This document shows, one piece after another, positions 36,364-45,116 of a DNA stretch of 64,000 nt; position 1 is the stretch's first letter; each line of letters starts with the position of its first letter. The notes beneath the pieces were generated by a model, which was not told the origin of the DNA, searched no databases, and saw only the letters and a list, made by a program, of their open reading frames with translations. Made by a program: the position numbers and the translations under genes. The stretch is taken from contig OZ245002.1 of NCBI GenBank assembly GCA_965223415.1, forward strand, positions 3,264,001-3,328,000, given 5' to 3'. The stretch comes from Myxococcota bacterium. Its GTDB lineage: Bacteria; Myxococcota_A; UBA9160; UBA6930.

Positions 36364-37232
36364 GCGCCGGCCGTCCGTCCCTTCAGGTAGGCGTAGCCCG
36401 CCCTCGCCGTGGCGAGCGGATCGGGCGCCGTGTCATGCTCGACGAAGTAGTGGCGGAGCCCGGCCTGTCCGGCCCGGGCGAAGATCGCCTCGAAGGGCAC
36501 CGTGCCTTCGCCCGGGTCGACGAAGGTGCCGTCCGCCAGCACATCCTTCACGTGGCAGACGGGGAAGCGTCCCGGGAAGCGGGCGAAGGCCGGCAGCGGA
36601 TCGAAGCCCGCCGCCTTCGCCCAGCCGAGATCGATTTCCAGGCGCACCCGCTCCGGATCCGTCTCCTCGAGGATCACGTCGTAGGGGAGGCGGCCCTCCA
36701 CCGGCGTGAACTCGAAGTGGTGGTTGTGATAGCCGAAGACGAGGCCGGCCTTCGAGAAGGCCTCGCCCATGGCGTTCAGCTCAGAGGCGATCGCCTTCCA
36801 GTCGTCGAGGGAGAGGTCGGTGCGGATGCGCCACTCGCCCTTCTCCTGGTAGACGACCTGGCGCGGCGCCGAGAGGAAGACGTACCTCGCGCCCAGGGCG
36901 TGGGCCGCTTCGATCTCCTGCTCCGGCGGACCCTCCAGGTGCGTCGACGGCGCGCGCAGGCCGAGGCCGTCGAGCATTGACCGGATCTCGCCGGGAGCGT
37001 GACCGGCGCGTCCGGAGACCTGCACCTCCCGGTAGCCGATCGCCGCGACCTTCTCGAGGGTGCCGCGGTAGTCCTTCGCCAGGAGCTCTCGCAGGGTGTA
37101 GAGCTGGAGTCCGGGCTCGATCGGGGTCTCGGTGGATGTCATGGCGGCTCCTGGGCCGAGGGCCGCGCTCCCGGCACCGAGCGCAGCCGCGGTATGCAGG
37201 AAGTGCCGCCGGGTGAAGCCTCGATCGCCCAC
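36360..37232 (-). CDS. Tat-exported sugar phosphate isomerase/epimerase (xylose-isomerase-like TIM barrel)
   Basis: TRRHFL twin-arginine signal, GLQLYTLR, GYHNHHFEF, EIDLGW, HVKD, YFVEHD. Confidence 0.9.
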   Translation of the reverse strand: MGDRGFTRRHFLHTAAALGAGSAALGPGAAMTSTETPIEPGLQLYTLRELLAKDYRGTLEKVAAIGYREVQVSGRAGHAPGEIRSMLDGLGLRAPSTHLEGPPEQEIEAAHALGARYVFLSAPRQVVYQEKGEWRIRTDLSLDDWKAIASELNAMGEAFSKAGLVFGYHNHHFEFTPVEGRLPYDVILEETDPERVRLEIDLGWAKAAGFDPLPAFARFPGRFPVCHVKDVLADGTFVDPGEGTVPFEAIFARAGQAGLRHYFVEHDTAPDPLATARAGYAYLKGRTAGA

Positions 37233-37353
37233 GAGAGCGACGCTACCGCCTCCCCGCGGGGCCGGCCAGTCCCGCGGAACGCACCGAAAGCTCCCGGCCG
37301 TACCTGCCGATAGAGGAAGGGCTACATTGGCCCTCCGGACCGGGTGGGAGCGC

Positions 37354-38760
37354 GTGCAGAAGCGAATCTACGGAGTCGAGACCGAGTACGGGATCATCTT
37401 CACCCCTGAGGGGCGGAAGACCCTGCCGGTCGAGAAGGCGATCCGCTTCCTGTTCGAGAAGCTGATCACCACGGAGCACTTCCTGAACGTGTTCCTGGAG
37501 AACGGCGCGCGCTTCTACCAGGACACGGGCTGTCACCCGGAGTACGCGACGCCGGAGTGCGCCTCGCCCCGCCAGCTGATCGTCTACGACCGGGCCGGCG
37601 AGCGGATCCTGGAAGACCTCCAGGACTATGCCGAGGAGAAGATCCGCGAAGAGCGGATCGCCGGAAAGCTCTCGATCTTCAAGAACAACACCGACTTCGT
37701 CGGGAACTCCTACGGCTGCCACGAGAACTACCTCGTCGACCGCGACGTGGACTTCTACTACCTGGCCGAGCAGCTGATCCCGTTCCTGGTCACCCGCCAG
37801 ATCTACACCGGCGCGGGCAAGGTCTTCCAGACCCAGGACGGCGTGCACTACTGCATCAGTCAGCGCGCCCAGCACATCTACCAGAAGATCTCGGGCACGA
37901 CGACGAACGACCGCTCGATCATCAACACTCGCGACGAGCCCCACGCCGACCGGGAGCGCTATCGGCGCCTCCACGTCATCGTCGGTGATTCGAACATGAG
38001 CGAGTACACGAACTTCGTGAAGATCGGCTCGTGTGCGGTGGTCCTCCAGATGATCGAGGACAACTACATCAACAAGGACTTCACGCTCCGCAACCCGGTC
38101 AAGGCGATCAAGGACATCTCCTACGACACGACCTGCAAGCGGAAGCTGCGCCTCGACAACGGGCGCGAGTACTCGCCCATCGAGATCCAGCGCGAGTACT
38201 GCGAGATGGCCCAGAAGTACATCGAGCAGTACCCGGTTTCCGACGAGCTCAAGGAGAGCGTCGGCATGTGGCAGTACGTGCTCGACTGCCTCGACGACGA
38301 TCCCAACAGGCTCGACCGCAAGATCGACTGGGTAATCAAGCGCCGGCTGATCGAGAGCTACGTGGAGCGCCACGGCTCCCGCTGGAGCGATCCGCGGGTA
38401 TTCATGCTCGACCTCCAATACCACGACATCCGCGTGAGCCGCGGCCTCTACTACCTCCTCGAGCGCAAGGGCGCGGTGGATCGCATCCTGAACGACGAGG
38501 AGATCATCAAGGCCAAGACCGAGCCGCCCCCGGACACCCGGGCGCGGATGCGCGGCGAGTTCATCAAGCTCGCGCGCCAGAACGGCATCCAGTACGACCT
38601 GGACTGGTCGAACATCCGGCTCGGCAACCTGCTCAACGTCCGCGTGATCTGCAACAATCCCTTCGAGACGGACACGGAGAAGGTGGCCGAGCTGGTGCGC
38701 ACGATCCAGAAGACGAACCTGCGCAAGACCAGCCTGTCGAAGCTAGTGATCCAGTCTTGA
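37354..38760 (+). CDS. pafA: Pup--protein ligase PafA
   Basis: RIYGVETEYG, NVFLENGARFYQDTGCHPEYATPEC (no Dop loop), GNSYGCHENY, SQRAQHI, IINTRDEPHAD, TRARMRGEFI. Confidence 0.95.
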   Translation: MQKRIYGVETEYGIIFTPEGRKTLPVEKAIRFLFEKLITTEHFLNVFLENGARFYQDTGCHPEYATPECASPRQLIVYDRAGERILEDLQDYAEEKIREERIAGKLSIFKNNTDFVGNSYGCHENYLVDRDVDFYYLAEQLIPFLVTRQIYTGAGKVFQTQDGVHYCISQRAQHIYQKISGTTTNDRSIINTRDEPHADRERYRRLHVIVGDSNMSEYTNFVKIGSCAVVLQMIEDNYINKDFTLRNPVKAIKDISYDTTCKRKLRLDNGREYSPIEIQREYCEMAQKYIEQYPVSDELKESVGMWQYVLDCLDDDPNRLDRKIDWVIKRRLIESYVERHGSRWSDPRVFMLDLQYHDIRVSRGLYYLLERKGAVDRILNDEEIIKAKTEPPPDTRARMRGEFIKLARQNGIQYDLDWSNIRLGNLLNVRVICNNPFETDTEKVAELVRTIQKTNLRKTSLSKLVIQS

Positions 38761-38782
38761 TCCAGACCCGCGGAGGCCCCCC

Positions 38783-39208
38783 ATGACCGACGCACGTCCG
38801 CATCTCGTCGCCCTGGACCCGGACGCAACGCCGCCGGAAGCCGGCGGAGCGCCGGCGCCGGCTCCCTCCGAAGGACCGCCCGCCCTCGGCCGCTACGGCT
38901 GGGTCGCCGCCGCCCTGGCGCTGGTCTGTGCGATCGGCTGGGGCGTCATGGCCAACCGCGCCTCGCAGCTCGAGGGCGAGCTCGCGGCCTCCCAGGCGGC
39001 CCTGGCCGCCGCCGAGGGCCGTATCGAGGACTACCAGGCACACTTGGGCCAGGTCCGAGAGCGCACCGAAGGGCTCGTGGCCGGCATGGACGCGCTGGTC
39101 GGACAGCTCGGCTCCCTGGCCACGGACCTCGAGAGCCTGGGCGGCCTCGTGGGCGACGACCCCACAGCCGCCGGCAACGAGCCCGGCGAAGCACCCGCCG
39201 GGCCTTAG
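38783..39208 (+). CDS. Hypothetical single-TM coiled-coil protein
   Basis: GGAGG RBS; one hydrophobic helix followed by a heptad-like region. Confidence 0.6.
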   Translation: MTDARPHLVALDPDATPPEAGGAPAPAPSEGPPALGRYGWVAAALALVCAIGWGVMANRASQLEGELAASQAALAAAEGRIEDYQAHLGQVRERTEGLVAGMDALVGQLGSLATDLESLGGLVGDDPTAAGNEPGEAPAGP

Positions 39209-39372
39209 CTCTTCCGGCCGCCCGCGTCCTCGAGGCGCACCCGGGGTGCGCTCATTTCCCGCGCAATTCCGGCGGCTTCCGGCCGTCCGTCACTCAACTC
39301 CTGCCGCCTCGTGCCGATAGGGGAAAGGCCGGCCCGGTCCATGCCGGACGGGCCCTGCGCGAGGCGACCTTC

Positions 39373-40407
39373 ATGCTCGACGCCATTGCCGGCCTGTTCA
39401 GTAGCGACCTGGCCATCGATCTGGGCACGGCCAACACCCTGGTCTACGTGAAGGGCAAGGGCCTGATCTGCTCGGAGCCGTCGGTCGTCGCCGTGGCGAA
39501 GGACTCGAGCGGTCGCGGCGACAAGGTGCTGGCGGTCGGCCACGAGGCCAAGGAGATGCTCGGCCGCACGCCCGGCGGCATCCGCGCCATCCGCCCGATC
39601 AAGGACGGCGTCATCGCCGACTTCGAGATCACCGAGGCGATGCTCCGCTACTTCATCCAGCGCGCCCACAACCGGCGCAAGCTGGTCCGCCCGCGCATCG
39701 CGATCTGCGTGCCGCCCTGCATCACCAGCGTCGAGAAGCGCGCGGTGCGCGAGAGCGCGCTCAGCGCCGGCGCCCGCGAGGTGTACCTGATCGAGGAGCC
39801 GATGGCGGCGGCGATCGGCGCCGGCCTCGACGTGACGGCGGCGACGGGCAACATGGTCGTCGACATCGGCGGCGGCACCACCGACGTCGCAGTGATCTCG
39901 CTCTCGGGCATCGTCACCAGCCGATCGATCCGCTGCGGCGGCGACGCCATGGACGACGCCGTCGTCAACTACGTGAAGCGCAAGTACAACATGCTGATCG
40001 GCGAGCGTACCGCCGAAGGCTGCAAGGTGAACATCGCCACGGCTTCGCCGACGGCGAAGACCGAGACGATGGAGATCAAGGGCCGCGACCTCGTCGCCGG
40101 CATCCCGAAGGTCGTCGTCACGACCAGCGAGGAGATCCGCGAGGCGCTGCTCGAGCCGATCGGCCAGATCGTCGAGACCGTCCACCTCACCCTCGAGCGC
40201 ACCCCGCCGGAGCTGGCCGCCGACATCGTCGACCGCGGCATCATGCTCGTTGGCGGCGGCAGCCTGCTGAACGATCTCGACCAGGTCCTCCGCCAGGAGA
40301 CCAAGCTCCCGATCCTGCGCAGCGAGGATCCCTTCACGGCAGTGGTCCACGGCGCCGGCCGCGCGCTGGACAATCTGGACCTGCTGAAGGAAGTGGCGAT
40401 CCAGTAG
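39373..40407 (+). CDS. mreB: Rod shape-determining protein MreB
   Basis: AIDLGTANT, RPIKDGVIADF, IEEPMAAAIGAG, VVDIGGGTT, TPPELAADI. Confidence 0.97.
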   Translation: MLDAIAGLFSSDLAIDLGTANTLVYVKGKGLICSEPSVVAVAKDSSGRGDKVLAVGHEAKEMLGRTPGGIRAIRPIKDGVIADFEITEAMLRYFIQRAHNRRKLVRPRIAICVPPCITSVEKRAVRESALSAGAREVYLIEEPMAAAIGAGLDVTAATGNMVVDIGGGTTDVAVISLSGIVTSRSIRCGGDAMDDAVVNYVKRKYNMLIGERTAEGCKVNIATASPTAKTETMEIKGRDLVAGIPKVVVTTSEEIREALLEPIGQIVETVHLTLERTPPELAADIVDRGIMLVGGGSLLNDLDQVLRQETKLPILRSEDPFTAVVHGAGRALDNLDLLKEVAIQ

Positions 40408-40465
40408 TCGCCCCGGCGGGAACAGAACCGGGGGGCGGCCGGGATTCGCTACATCAGGGCGACCG

Positions 40466-41881
40466 GTGCTGTTCACCCAGTCGACGTTCTTCCTGTTCTT
40501 CGGCCTCGTCTTCGCGGGGGCGTGGGCTCTTCCCGGCCATCGGCTCCACAAGCTCTGGCTCCTCGGAGCGAGCTACGCCTTCTATGCGGGCTGGGACTGG
40601 CGGTTCCTGGGGCTCATCCTGCTCTCGACGGGCGTGGACTACGTCGCGGCCCAGCGCATCCACCACGGCCCGACGCCCCGGGCGAGGCGCGCCTGGCTGG
40701 TTGCCAGCCTCGTGGCGAACCTCGGCATCCTGTTCACGTTCAAGTACCTGGACTTCTTCGCCGCCTCGGCGGCGGCGCTGCTCGAGGCCCTGGGCGCGAC
40801 CGCGAGCTGGACGACGCTCCACCTGGCGCTCCCGGTCGGGATCAGCTTCTTCACCTTCCAGTCGATGAGCTACACGATCGACGTCTACCGGCGTGAGCTC
40901 GCCCCCCATCGCAGCCCGTTGGACTTCGCGCTGTTCGTCGCCTTCTTCCCGCAGCTCGTGGCAGGCCCGATCGTGCGCGCCCGGGACTTCCTCCCGCAGC
41001 TCCGTGAGCGGCCGCGGCTCTCGGCGGTGCCGGTGCGCGCGTGTCTCACGCTCTTCTGGATCGGCTTCTTCAAGAAGGCCTGCGTGGCCGACAACCTGGC
41101 GCTCTGGATCGACCCGGTCTACGCGGAGCCGGCCGCCCACACGGCGGGAGCGCTGGTCGGTGCCGCCTGGCTCTACGCCGTGCAGATCTATTGCGACTTC
41201 TCGGGCTACTCGGACATGGCGATCGCCACCGCCGGCCTGCTCGGCTACCGCCTTCCGCGCAACTTCGCCGCGCCCGCCTTCAGCGTGTCCGTCACCGAGT
41301 TCTGGCGCCGCTGGCACATCTCCCTCTCGAGCTGGCTGCGCGACTACCTCTACATCCCCCTCGGCGGCAACCGGCGCGGAGCGGGCCGCACGCGGCTGAA
41401 CCTGATGGCGACCATGCTCCTCGGCGGGCTCTGGCACGGAGCCGCCTGGACCTTCCTGCTCTGGGGCGCGCTCCACGGGCTCGCCCTGATCCTGCACCGG
41501 GTGTGGCGGGAGCTCGTGGGCACCCGCCGGGCTCCGGGTCGTCTGCGACCCCTCGCCCGGCTGGCCGCCATGGCGCTCACCGCCTGGTGGGTGGTCTTCG
41601 CCTTCGTCTTCTTCCGGGCGGAGAGCCTGCCCGACGCCGCCGTGGCTGCGCGCGCCTTCGTTACCTTCGCCTCGCCCGGGTCGGCGGGCCTGCCCGCCAG
41701 CCCCTGGCCGGTGCTCGCGCTGCTGATCGCGGTCCACGCCCTGTGCTGGAGGTTGCGGCCGGAGGAGCGGGTGGAGGCGCTGCCGCCCGCGGCCTTCGCG
41801 CCCGCCTACGGACTGGCCTGGAGCCTCGCCCTGCTCTGGATCCCGCTCGAGGCGCGACCCTTCATCTACTTCCAGTTCTGA
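40466..41881 (+). CDS. MBOAT family O-acyltransferase (AlgI/PatA-like)
   Basis: LPVGISFFTFQ, FFPQLVAGPI, YCDFSGYSD, FWRRWHISLS, GLWHGA, C-terminal FIYFQF. Confidence 0.93.
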   Translation: MLFTQSTFFLFFGLVFAGAWALPGHRLHKLWLLGASYAFYAGWDWRFLGLILLSTGVDYVAAQRIHHGPTPRARRAWLVASLVANLGILFTFKYLDFFAASAAALLEALGATASWTTLHLALPVGISFFTFQSMSYTIDVYRRELAPHRSPLDFALFVAFFPQLVAGPIVRARDFLPQLRERPRLSAVPVRACLTLFWIGFFKKACVADNLALWIDPVYAEPAAHTAGALVGAAWLYAVQIYCDFSGYSDMAIATAGLLGYRLPRNFAAPAFSVSVTEFWRRWHISLSSWLRDYLYIPLGGNRRGAGRTRLNLMATMLLGGLWHGAAWTFLLWGALHGLALILHRVWRELVGTRRAPGRLRPLARLAAMALTAWWVVFAFVFFRAESLPDAAVAARAFVTFASPGSAGLPASPWPVLALLIAVHALCWRLRPEERVEALPPAAFAPAYGLAWSLALLWIPLEARPFIYFQF

Positions 41882-43061
41882 CGCCGCGAGGCTGGAGGCT
41901 CTCGAGCACCGCGGGGCAGAGGTCGCGCGCCACGGCCCGGGAGAAGAGCCGGGCGCCGGCGTCGCCCAGGTGGCCGCGATCGAACCACCGCCCCATCGCG
42001 TAGAGCGGGCGCAGATCTTCGGGCGGGGCGAAGGCCACGGGTCGCTCGGGAGCTCGGCTCTCGAGGTGGTGCACGACCCGCCGGGACCACAGGAGGCCGT
42101 CCGCACGCAGGATCGGGGGCAGCAGCGCGCCCGCTCGCGTCCGCGGGCCCTCCGCGGCGGCCAGGAGCCCCTCGACGAATCGCGCCTCCAGGGCCGATAG
42201 GGGCGCACGCTCGCCGGCCTTCGCCCTCTCGAGGTCGCTCACCCACCCCGCGAAGGCCGCGGCGTCACGGCTGCGATCGAGGCGCCGCTTCTCCAGCAGT
42301 GCGCGCACCTCCGGGTCGCCGGTGCGGACTGCCTGCTCGAGCCCGTGATATCCGCGCTGAGCCCGAAGCAGTTCGTCCGGCGGCTCCGGAAGCGGCGCCT
42401 CCGCGAACGCGGCCCGCTGGGCGCTTCCCACCGGCAGGCTGCTGGCGAGCAGGGTGGCCAGGTAGCGGAGCGAGAGGCGGAGCTGGGTCAGCCGGGCCGG
42501 GAGGCGGGAAGACGCGAGCTGCTCGGCCGGCGGACGCACCCAGAGCTGCAGGAAGCCCAGCGGCGCGGTGGCTGCAGAGTTGGCGAAGCGTGCGTGCGGG
42601 TGCGCCGCCAGCTGGAGCGCGGGTCCGTGGGCACCGACCGGCTCGATCAGCACCACCCGGTGCCGCTCGCCCGGAGCCCGGGAGACCCTCTGCGCCACCC
42701 GCGCCATCATCGGCGCCGACATGCCGGGCCAGCCCAGGTTGTAGGAGCGCAAGCCGACGCAGCCGAGCCGGGCGGCCTCGGCGTCCACCACGTCGGGGAC
42801 GATGGCGCGGAACACCCGGCTCGAGCCTACGAACACCAGGTCGAGCTCGGCGCGATGCTCGTCCAGGTAGGCCAGTTTGTCCGAGAGCCGCCCCAGGGTC
42901 TCCAGCGGGAATCGCTCGGCCGGCTCCGACGCCAGGAGCAGCCCGACGAGGAGCGCGGCGGCGAAGGCCGCGGCGAGAGCGGCCAGCAGCAGCGGGCCCG
43001 GGCGCGCCGGCCGTTGGCCGCCGGGAAGGGGCGGCTCGTCCCACCCTCTCCCGGGGCTCAT
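41862..43061 (-). CDS. Membrane-anchored SGNH-like protein (AlgJ/DltD/DUF1574-like MBOAT partner)
   Basis: N-terminal TM, FVGSSR block I, YNLG..G, C-terminal FDRGHL (DxxH). Confidence 0.65.
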   Translation of the reverse strand: MSPGRGWDEPPLPGGQRPARPGPLLLAALAAAFAAALLVGLLLASEPAERFPLETLGRLSDKLAYLDEHRAELDLVFVGSSRVFRAIVPDVVDAEAARLGCVGLRSYNLGWPGMSAPMMARVAQRVSRAPGERHRVVLIEPVGAHGPALQLAAHPHARFANSAATAPLGFLQLWVRPPAEQLASSRLPARLTQLRLSLRYLATLLASSLPVGSAQRAAFAEAPLPEPPDELLRAQRGYHGLEQAVRTGDPEVRALLEKRRLDRSRDAAAFAGWVSDLERAKAGERAPLSALEARFVEGLLAAAEGPRTRAGALLPPILRADGLLWSRRVVHHLESRAPERPVAFAPPEDLRPLYAMGRWFDRGHLGDAGARLFSRAVARDLCPAVLESLQPRGVRTGSR

Positions 43062-43690
43062 TCCGGCGACAGCACCGCCAGGGCGAGCTGCATGGCGAGC
43101 TGCATGTCGCCCTCCAGCTCGATCAGGCCCGAGAGGAAGGCGTCCTGGGCCGCCACCTCCCCGTTCTTCAGGGCCTCGTAGGCGCCGCGGTCGACCCGGA
43201 TCACGGTGGTGGGCTCGGCGGGAATGGGCTCCTTGCCGAAGTGGGCGAGGAGGGCGAAGCCGCCCGCGCCGGCGAGCTCGAAGCGGAGCGTGCCGGTGAT
43301 GAGCTCCAGGTTCTGCAGGCGCGGCGCGGTGAGCTTGAGGTCGCCGCCCTGGCTGGCCAGAGCGCCCAGGAAGCCCAGCGGCGAGTCGCCGGCCTCTCGC
43401 GCCAGCTGCTCGAAGTCCGGTCGCTCGAGCACGAGGGTGAGGAAGGGCGCGTGCGCCGCCTCGTCGCTCGGCGTCATCGCGCCGCCTTCCACGTTCAGCG
43501 CGAAGCGTCCGCCGCCCTCGCCGCGCACCTCGACCTGGAGGGTTCCGTTCACGTCGCGCATCTCGTCGAGGACGCGCTGGGCCGTCTCCACGGCGCGCTC
43601 CTGCTCGCGCAGGGTGCGCGCCCACTGGGCCGGGAACAGCTCGGTGAAGTAGGTGCGGGGGTCGGGGCCGGACTCGGAGGGCGCGCTCAT
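43058..43690 (-). CDS. SCP2 sterol/lipid-binding domain protein
   Basis: C-terminal AFLSGLIELEGDMQLAMQL SCP2 signature; ATGA overlap with mltG. Confidence 0.75.
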   Translation of the reverse strand: MSAPSESGPDPRTYFTELFPAQWARTLREQERAVETAQRVLDEMRDVNGTLQVEVRGEGGGRFALNVEGGAMTPSDEAAHAPFLTLVLERPDFEQLAREAGDSPLGFLGALASQGGDLKLTAPRLQNLELITGTLRFELAGAGGFALLAHFGKEPIPAEPTTVIRVDRGAYEALKNGEVAAQDAFLSGLIELEGDMQLAMQLALAVLSPE

Positions 43691-44685
43691 CGGATGCCTC
43701 GCTGGTAGCGGTCCACGGCTCGGGCGTGCTCGGCGTAGGTGCGCGAGAAGTGGTGGGTGCCGTCGTTCTTCGAGACGAAGAAGAGCGCCTGCTCGCCCTC
43801 CGCCGGCTCGATCACGGCGCGCAGGGCCGCCTCGCCCGGATTCGCGATCGGTCCCGGCGGAAGGCCCGGGATCCGGTAGGTGTTGTAGGGGTTCGACTCG
43901 TCTTCCAGGTGGACGCGTCGCAGGTTGCCGTCGAAGTCCGCGATGCCGTAGATCACTGCCGGATCCGTCTCCAGGCGCATACCCTTCGCCAGCCGGTTCA
44001 GGAACACCGCCGCGATGCGCGGCCGTTCCTCGGGCGCGCCGGTCTCCTTCTCGACGATCGACGCCAGCACCACCACCGCGCGCATCGACAGCTCCCGGGC
44101 GGCGGCGCGCTCGGCGAGCGGCGCCCAGGCGATGCGGAACTGGCCGACGAGGTCTTCGATCATCTCCCGCGGCCCGATGCCCCGGGCCCAGCGATAGGTC
44201 TCGGGGAAGAGGTAGCCCTCCAGATCCTCGCCTTCGACGCCGAGGGCGCTGGCCACCTCCGGATCCCGGACCAGGGCGAGGATCTCCTCGGCGCGGGCCC
44301 AGCCCTCCTCCTCGAAGCGCGTCGCGATCTCCACGGCGGTCAGTCCTTCCGGAAACGAGAACGCGTGGGTCCGCACCTCGCCGCGGGCCAGGCGGCCGAG
44401 GATTTCGGCCGGCGACATGGCCGCGGAGAGCTCGTACTCGCCGGCGCGGAGCCCGCGCCCCTGCTCGCGCCAACGAGCGAGCCCTTCGAAGGCCCAGGCC
44501 CGGCGCACGAGCCCGGCCTCCTCCAGCGAGCGCGCCACCCGGGAGAGGGTGGCGCCTTCCGGCACCTCGAAGACCTCGGCCTCCGCCAGGGGCTTCGGCG
44601 CGGTGAGCGCGCGGCGCACGGTGAAGCCGCCGGCGATCGCCGCGGCCAGCACCAGCACGACGAGCGGGATCGCGACCCGCTTCAC
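43687..44685 (-). CDS. mltG: Endolytic murein transglycosylase MltG
   Basis: EGYLFPETY, LASIVEKET, VFLNRL, SNPYNTY..PGLPPGPIANPG. Confidence 0.95.
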   Translation of the reverse strand: MKRVAIPLVVLVLAAAIAGGFTVRRALTAPKPLAEAEVFEVPEGATLSRVARSLEEAGLVRRAWAFEGLARWREQGRGLRAGEYELSAAMSPAEILGRLARGEVRTHAFSFPEGLTAVEIATRFEEEGWARAEEILALVRDPEVASALGVEGEDLEGYLFPETYRWARGIGPREMIEDLVGQFRIAWAPLAERAAARELSMRAVVVLASIVEKETGAPEERPRIAAVFLNRLAKGMRLETDPAVIYGIADFDGNLRRVHLEDESNPYNTYRIPGLPPGPIANPGEAALRAVIEPAEGEQALFFVSKNDGTHHFSRTYAEHARAVDRYQRGIR

Positions 44686-45107
44686 GCTGGCCCCACCGCC
44701 CGGCGCTCCAGGTAGGTGCGCAGCAGCACCGTCGCAGCGACCGAGTCGACCACGGCCTTCTTCTTGCGCCGTCCCTTGCGGCCGGTGGCCTCGAGGGCGC
44801 GCTCGGCCTCGCGGGTGGTGAAGCGCTCGTCGAGCAAATCGACGGGCAGGGCCAGCGCCGTGCGCAGTCGCTCGGCAAAGCGATCCGCGGCCTCGGCCTG
44901 GGCGCCGCGGGTGCCGTCGAGGTGGATCGGCAGGCCGATCACGATCCGCGACACGTCGCGGCTCTGCACCAGCTCGCCGATCGCGGCCACGTCCTTCTCG
45001 GCCCCGCGGCTCTCGACCGGATCGAGGGGAAAGGCGATGCGGTCGTCCCGATCCGACACGGCGAGGCCGAGCCGTCGGCTCCCGTAGTCGATCCCGAGCA
45101 CCGGCAT
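44682..45107 (-). CDS. ruvX: Pre-16S rRNA nuclease YqgF/RuvX
   Basis: LGIDYGSRRLGLAVSD, IVIGLP, DERFTT, VDSVAA. Confidence 0.95.
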   Translation of the reverse strand: MPVLGIDYGSRRLGLAVSDRDDRIAFPLDPVESRGAEKDVAAIGELVQSRDVSRIVIGLPIHLDGTRGAQAEAADRFAERLRTALALPVDLLDERFTTREAERALEATGRKGRRKKKAVVDSVAATVLLRTYLERRAVGPA

Positions 45108-45116
45108 GGAGGGAGG

